Positions 59,732-64,000 of a stretch of 64,000 nt of DNA are shown one piece after another (the stretch's first letter is position 1; every line of letters begins with the position of its first letter). The notes beneath the pieces were generated by a model that had not been told where the DNA came from, did no database searches, and saw only the letters and a list, made by a program, of their open reading frames with translations. Both the position numbers and the translations under genes were made by a program. This DNA is from an uncultured Alphaproteobacteria bacterium (GTDB lineage Bacteria; Pseudomonadota; Alphaproteobacteria; Rhizobiales; Xanthobacteraceae): NCBI GenBank assembly GCA_963821965.1, contig CAWGFY010000007.1:210887-274886 (forward strand), written 5' to 3'.

Positions 59732-62158
59732 ATGGGCGTTCGGGTCCTGCTTATTGCGTCGGTGTCGGCAGCTTGTGTCATCGAAGGCGGGCGGGCGTGC
59801 GCACAGGACAACAGCAGTTACACCACCGAGCTGCCGGCCGTCGAAGTGTCTCCGCCCCAGACCGCGGCGAGGCCCGGCCGCACGCGAGCGCCAATCCGTG
59901 TCGTCCCCCGCCGCGTGGCGACGCTGCGTGCCTATCCAACCTCGCCGGTCGCAACCCCGGGCACGGCGCTCGCTGTCGACAAGGTGCCCTCGAGCATCAA
60001 CTTCGTGGATTCCGGGAAAATCCAGCGCACCAATTCGCTCAACATCACCGACGCCCTGCAGCAGAACGTGGCAGCGCTCAACATCAATGAAGTCACCGGC
60101 AATCCATTCCAGCCCGATGTCGAGTTTCGCGGCTTTGTCGGATCGCCGGTATCGGGCACGCCGCAGGGGCTCGCGGTCTATCAGAACGGCGTGCGCGTCA
60201 ATGAGGCCTTCGGCGACACCGTCAATTGGGATTTGATTCCGACGACCGCGATCAAATCGGTCGCGGTGGTCACGAACAATCCTGCCTTCGGTCTCAACGC
60301 GCTGGGCGGCGCTGTTACCGTGCAAATGAAAGACGGCTTCGGCTATCACGGCGCGGAGATCGACACCATGGCCGGCTCGTTCGGCCGTCTTCAGAGCGCG
60401 GCGCAATGGGGCAAGCAGATCGACAAATTCGCGGTCTATGGCGCGCTCGAAGGATTGCACGACGACGGCTTCCGCAATTTTTCGCAGTCGGACGTTCGCC
60501 GCTTCTATGGCGATGTCGGCTATCGGAACGATGGCAACGAATTCCACTTCAATCTGGGGCTCGCCAACAACAAGTTCGGCGCCACCGCCACCGTGCCGGT
60601 CGAACTGCTGCAGCAATATTGGGGCGCGACCTACACCACGCCGCAAACAACGGCTAACCAGGTCGCCTATGTGAATCTGACGGGTAAAGTCGAGGCGACG
60701 CCGACCTGGACGGTCGAAGGCGTCGCGCATGTCCGCGCCTTCAGTCAGCAGGTCGTCGACGCCAATCCCACGGCCACGCAACCCTGCGACGCCGACGCCA
60801 CGCTGCTGTGTTTTGGCGACGGCAGCACGCCGGCGAACGGGTTGAATGGGATGCAGCTGTCCAATCCGTTTGCGCCGGACGCGATCCTCGGAGAGATCGA
60901 TCGCACCACGACGCGCTCGACCACCGGCGGGCTTTCCTTGCAGGCGACCAATACCGACAAGCTCTTCGGGCACGACAACCGCTTCGTCGTCGGTACCAGC
61001 CTCGATTCCAGCGTCACGCATTTCGGCGCCAGCGCCGAGCTCGGCACCGTCGGCTCGAACTATGTCGTCAGCGGCAGCGGCATTTTCCTCGGACAATCCG
61101 GCAATCCCGTCTCGATCGGGCCGGTGTCGCTGCGAACCACCAATCAATATACCGGCCTCTATGTGCTCGATACTTTCGACGTCACCAAGGCTTTTTCGAT
61201 CACCGCGGGCGGACGATACAATGACGCGCGCATCGCGCTGCAGGACCAGATCGGCACTCAGCTCAACGGCAACGAGACGTTTGACCGCTTCAATCCGATC
61301 ATCGGCGGCACCTACAAGATCAACTCCGGCCTGACGGCCTACGCCGGTTACTCCGAGGCCAATCGCGCGCCGACGCCGCTGGAGCTCGGCTGCGCCGATC
61401 CGGCGCGGCCCTGCATCATCGCGGCGTTCCTGGTGTCCGATCCGCCGTTGAAGCAGGTGGTATCGCGCACGGTGGAGGCTGGCTTGCGGGGCAGCAGGGA
61501 TATGAATATCGGAACGCTGGAATGGAAGCTCGGCGGATTCCGCGCCACCAACACCGACGATATTCTCGCCATTCCCGATCCGGTGTTGCAGGGATTCGGC
61601 TATTTCCAGAACGTGGGATCGACGCGCCGGCAAGGCATCGAGGCCGAGGCCAGCCTCAAGTCTGCGACGTGGCAGCTCCGCGCCAGCTATGCCTTCATCG
61701 ATGCGCGTTTCCTCGACGCGTTGCAGGTTGGCTCGAACAGTCCGTTTGCCGATGCCAACCGCAATATCCAGATCGTTCCCGGCAATCAAATCCCGGCCAT
61801 CCCTCGCCATCGCATCAAGGCGGGTTTCGACTACATGGTTACCGACGCAATCAAGGTCGGCGGCGACGCGCTGTTCGTCAGCAGCCAGTATCTGGTGGGC
61901 GACGAATCCAACCAGGCGCAGAAGTTGCCATCCTACGCGGTCTTCAATGTTTACGCGTCGTATCAGATCAACAAGACGTTCCAGGTCTATGGCCGCGTCG
62001 ACAACGTCTTCGACAATCGCTATGCGACCTTCGGCACCTTTTTCGACACCGGCGCGTTGCCGAATTTCGCCAATGGCGGCGCGCCGTTCACCGACGCACG
62101 CTCGCTGAGCCCGGCGCGCCCGCGCGCGTTCTATGCCGGCCTGAAAGCGACTTTCTGA
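59732..62158 (+). CDS. TonB-dependent receptor (LutH-like, candidate lanthanide uptake)
   Basis: TonB-box-like ELPAVEV, plug RGF...NGVR, FGLNALGG, NVFDNRY, C-terminal Phe; context. Confidence 0.88.
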   Translation: MGVRVLLIASVSAACVIEGGRACAQDNSSYTTELPAVEVSPPQTAARPGRTRAPIRVVPRRVATLRAYPTSPVATPGTALAVDKVPSSINFVDSGKIQRTNSLNITDALQQNVAALNINEVTGNPFQPDVEFRGFVGSPVSGTPQGLAVYQNGVRVNEAFGDTVNWDLIPTTAIKSVAVVTNNPAFGLNALGGAVTVQMKDGFGYHGAEIDTMAGSFGRLQSAAQWGKQIDKFAVYGALEGLHDDGFRNFSQSDVRRFYGDVGYRNDGNEFHFNLGLANNKFGATATVPVELLQQYWGATYTTPQTTANQVAYVNLTGKVEATPTWTVEGVAHVRAFSQQVVDANPTATQPCDADATLLCFGDGSTPANGLNGMQLSNPFAPDAILGEIDRTTTRSTTGGLSLQATNTDKLFGHDNRFVVGTSLDSSVTHFGASAELGTVGSNYVVSGSGIFLGQSGNPVSIGPVSLRTTNQYTGLYVLDTFDVTKAFSITAGGRYNDARIALQDQIGTQLNGNETFDRFNPIIGGTYKINSGLTAYAGYSEANRAPTPLELGCADPARPCIIAAFLVSDPPLKQVVSRTVEAGLRGSRDMNIGTLEWKLGGFRATNTDDILAIPDPVLQGFGYFQNVGSTRRQGIEAEASLKSATWQLRASYAFIDARFLDALQVGSNSPFADANRNIQIVPGNQIPAIPRHRIKAGFDYMVTDAIKVGGDALFVSSQYLVGDESNQAQKLPSYAVFNVYASYQINKTFQVYGRVDNVFDNRYATFGTFFDTGALPNFANGGAPFTDARSLSPARPRAFYAGLKATF

Positions 62159-62205
62159 GACGTCTGCATCTTGCCGCAACGCTTCCGGCGCTGCATACAT
62201 CAGGC

Positions 62206-64000
62206 ATGACCGCACCACTCCTCGGCCGCAGCCTCGATCGCCTCGAAGACGAACGCTTCCTGCGTGGGCGAGGACGCTATGTCGCCGATCTGGCGCCACC
62301 AGGAGCGCTTCATGGTGCGGTGGCGCGCTCGCCGCACGCGCATGCGCGGGTCGTCTCTGTTGATTTCGGCAAAGCGCTGATGATGCCGGGCGTTGTTGGT
62401 GTTGGTGTGTTCACCGCCGCCGATCTGGCTGCGGATCGTATCGGGCCGTTGCCCTGCGCGGTGACCAACATCCCGATGGCGACGCCGCTCGTCGTGCCGC
62501 CCTGTCATGCGCTGGCGCGGGATATCGTCCGCTATGTCGGCGAACCCGTTGTCTTTGTGGTGGCAGAGAGCGAGCAGGCCGCGCGCGCCGCGGTCGAGGC
62601 CGTCGTTGTCGATTATGCGCCGCTCACGCCCGTGATTTCGCTGGCGGACGCCGTTCAAGCCGCAAGCCCGCAGGTCTGGCCGGACGCGCCGGACAATATC
62701 GCGTTTGAGTTTCGGCGGGGTGAGCCGGCGCCTGTCGAAGGGGCGATCCGAGATGCCGCCCATGTCGTGGAATGCGAGCTCATCAACAACCGCGTGGTGG
62801 CGGCCTCGCTGGAGACGCGCGGTGCGCTCGGCGAATTCGATGCAGCAAGCGGCCGGCTGTATTTGACGGCGTCGGCGGCCGGCGCGCATGCGATCCGCGA
62901 TCTGCTGGCCAACGGCGTCTTTCGAACGTCGCGTGAGAATCTGCGGGTCAGCATTCCCGATGTCGGCGGCGGTTTCGGCATGAAGAACGTGCTGTATCCC
63001 GAGTGGGTGCTGGTGCTGTTTGCGGCGCGGCGCCTGTGTCGTCCTGTGATGTGGATCGAGGATCGCAGCGAGAGTTTTCTGGCCTCCGTGCATGGCCGCG
63101 ACAGCCGCGTCCGGGCGCGCCTCGCGCTCGACCGCGACGGCAAATTCCTGGCGCTTTGGGCGGACGTTCTTGCCGACATGGGCGCCTACATCTCGACGGT
63201 CGCGCCTGTGGTGCCGACCATGGCGATGGGCAGCGCGATGGGCGGCGTCTACGACATTCCCCTGATCGCGTTTCGCACGCGCGGCGTCTTTACCAACACC
63301 ACGCCGGTCGATGCCTATCGCGGCGCCGGCAAGCCCGAGGCGAATTACCTGATCGAGCGTTTGATCGACATCGCCGCCGATCAGCTCGGGATGGATGCGT
63401 TGAGATTGCGGCGCAAGAACATTGTTCGCCGCTTTCCGCATCGCTCCGCAATGGGGCTTTCGATCGAGCAGGGCAGCTTCGGGAACGCGATCGATCTCGC
63501 GGCCCATGCAGCCGATGGCTTCAAGGCACGCCAGCGCGCTTCGCGCAAACGGGGCAAGTTGCGCGGCCTCGGGCTCGCCTGCTTTCTGGAAACCGCGCGG
63601 GGCCAGCCCAACGAGGTGGCGGAATTGCAGGTTGGCGCGGACGGCCGGATCGATCTCAAGGTCGGCACGCACTCCAACGGCCAGGGCCATGAGACCACCT
63701 ATGCGCAAATCGCTGCGGACGCGCTCGGCCTGCCGCTGGAGCGTTTCCTGTTCAGGCAGGGCGACACCGACGCGCTCGACAGCGGCGGCGGCCATGGCGG
63801 CGCGCGCTCGATGCACCAGGGCGGCACCGCGGTGCTGATGGCGGCGGAAGGCCTGATCGGCAATGCCAAGCGGCTCGCCGCGCGTCTGCTGCAGACCAAT
63901 GCTGATGCCGTGCAATATGACGCGGGCGGGCTCCGTGTGGCCGCGACTGGCCAGGAGATCACGCTCGACGAGGTCGCCCGCGCCTCCTGGCAGACGCCGG
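62206..64000 (+). CDS. Xanthine dehydrogenase/CoxL-family molybdopterin large subunit (runs off the window; absent from the ORF track)
   Basis: Own translation: MTAPLLGRSLDRLEDERFLRGRGRYVADL, VRYVGEPV, VGGGFGMK, AYRGAGKPE, GQGHETTYAQI. Confidence 0.92.
   Translation, partial: MTAPLLGRSLDRLEDERFLRGRGRYVADLAPPGALHGAVARSPHAHARVVSVDFGKALMMPGVVGVGVFTAADLAADRIGPLPCAVTNIPMATPLVVPPCHALARDIVRYVGEPVVFVVAESEQAARAAVEAVVVDYAPLTPVISLADAVQAASPQVWPDAPDNIAFEFRRGEPAPVEGAIRDAAHVVECELINNRVVAASLETRGALGEFDAASGRLYLTASAAGAHAIRDLLANGVFRTSRENLRVSIPDVGGGFGMKNVLYPEWVLVLFAARRLCRPVMWIEDRSESFLASVHGRDSRVRARLALDRDGKFLALWADVLADMGAYISTVAPVVPTMAMGSAMGGVYDIPLIAFRTRGVFTNTTPVDAYRGAGKPEANYLIERLIDIAADQLGMDALRLRRKNIVRRFPHRSAMGLSIEQGSFGNAIDLAAHAADGFKARQRASRKRGKLRGLGLACFLETARGQPNEVAELQVGADGRIDLKVGTHSNGQGHETTYAQIAADALGLPLERFLFRQGDTDALDSGGGHGGARSMHQGGTAVLMAAEGLIGNAKRLAARLLQTNADAVQYDAGGLRVAATGQEITLDEVARASWQTP

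Noticed and set aside
59411-62299. 962-aa minus-strand ORF (similarly 39474..41507, 42085..43704, 62200..63915)
   Set aside because: Antisense mirrors of well-supported genes, with no recognisable motifs.

Overview
High-GC alphaproteobacterial chromosome segment; gene content and repeat families point to Bradyrhizobium or a close relative (inference). (1) 1-27.4 kb is core genome: ppdK, a cell-wall hydrolase, nadABC with NadQ boxes, nadQ, tag, ygfZ, pyrC, Nudix genes and sua5. It is interrupted at 10.7-12.4 kb by a three-gene cassette: a tiny signal-peptide + VPAP-TM-basic-tail peptide, an exosortase-like protease and a coupled partner gene. (2) tRNA-Pro(CGG) is followed by an internally deleted integrase relic and an ~11 kb catabolic islet (rhodanese, thiol-dioxygenase-like cupin, peptidases, ABC/TTT uptake, LLM monooxygenase). 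(3) 39.5-64 kb is a lanthanide/PQQ methanol-oxidation cluster: xoxF-xoxG-frmA-gfa, lanmodulin, an unannotated pqqA, SoxYZ-like relay genes, a PedABC/Lut-like ABC transporter, fghA, a two-component pair, a TonB receptor and a Mo-hydroxylase. The two most interesting signals are the nearly cargo-less exosortase substrate cassette and three ~168 bp double-hairpin elements that conserve structure rather than sequence around an exact 13-bp IHF-like spacer. Several frameshifts look like sequencing or assembly indels. All calls are from reading the sequence; no searches were run.
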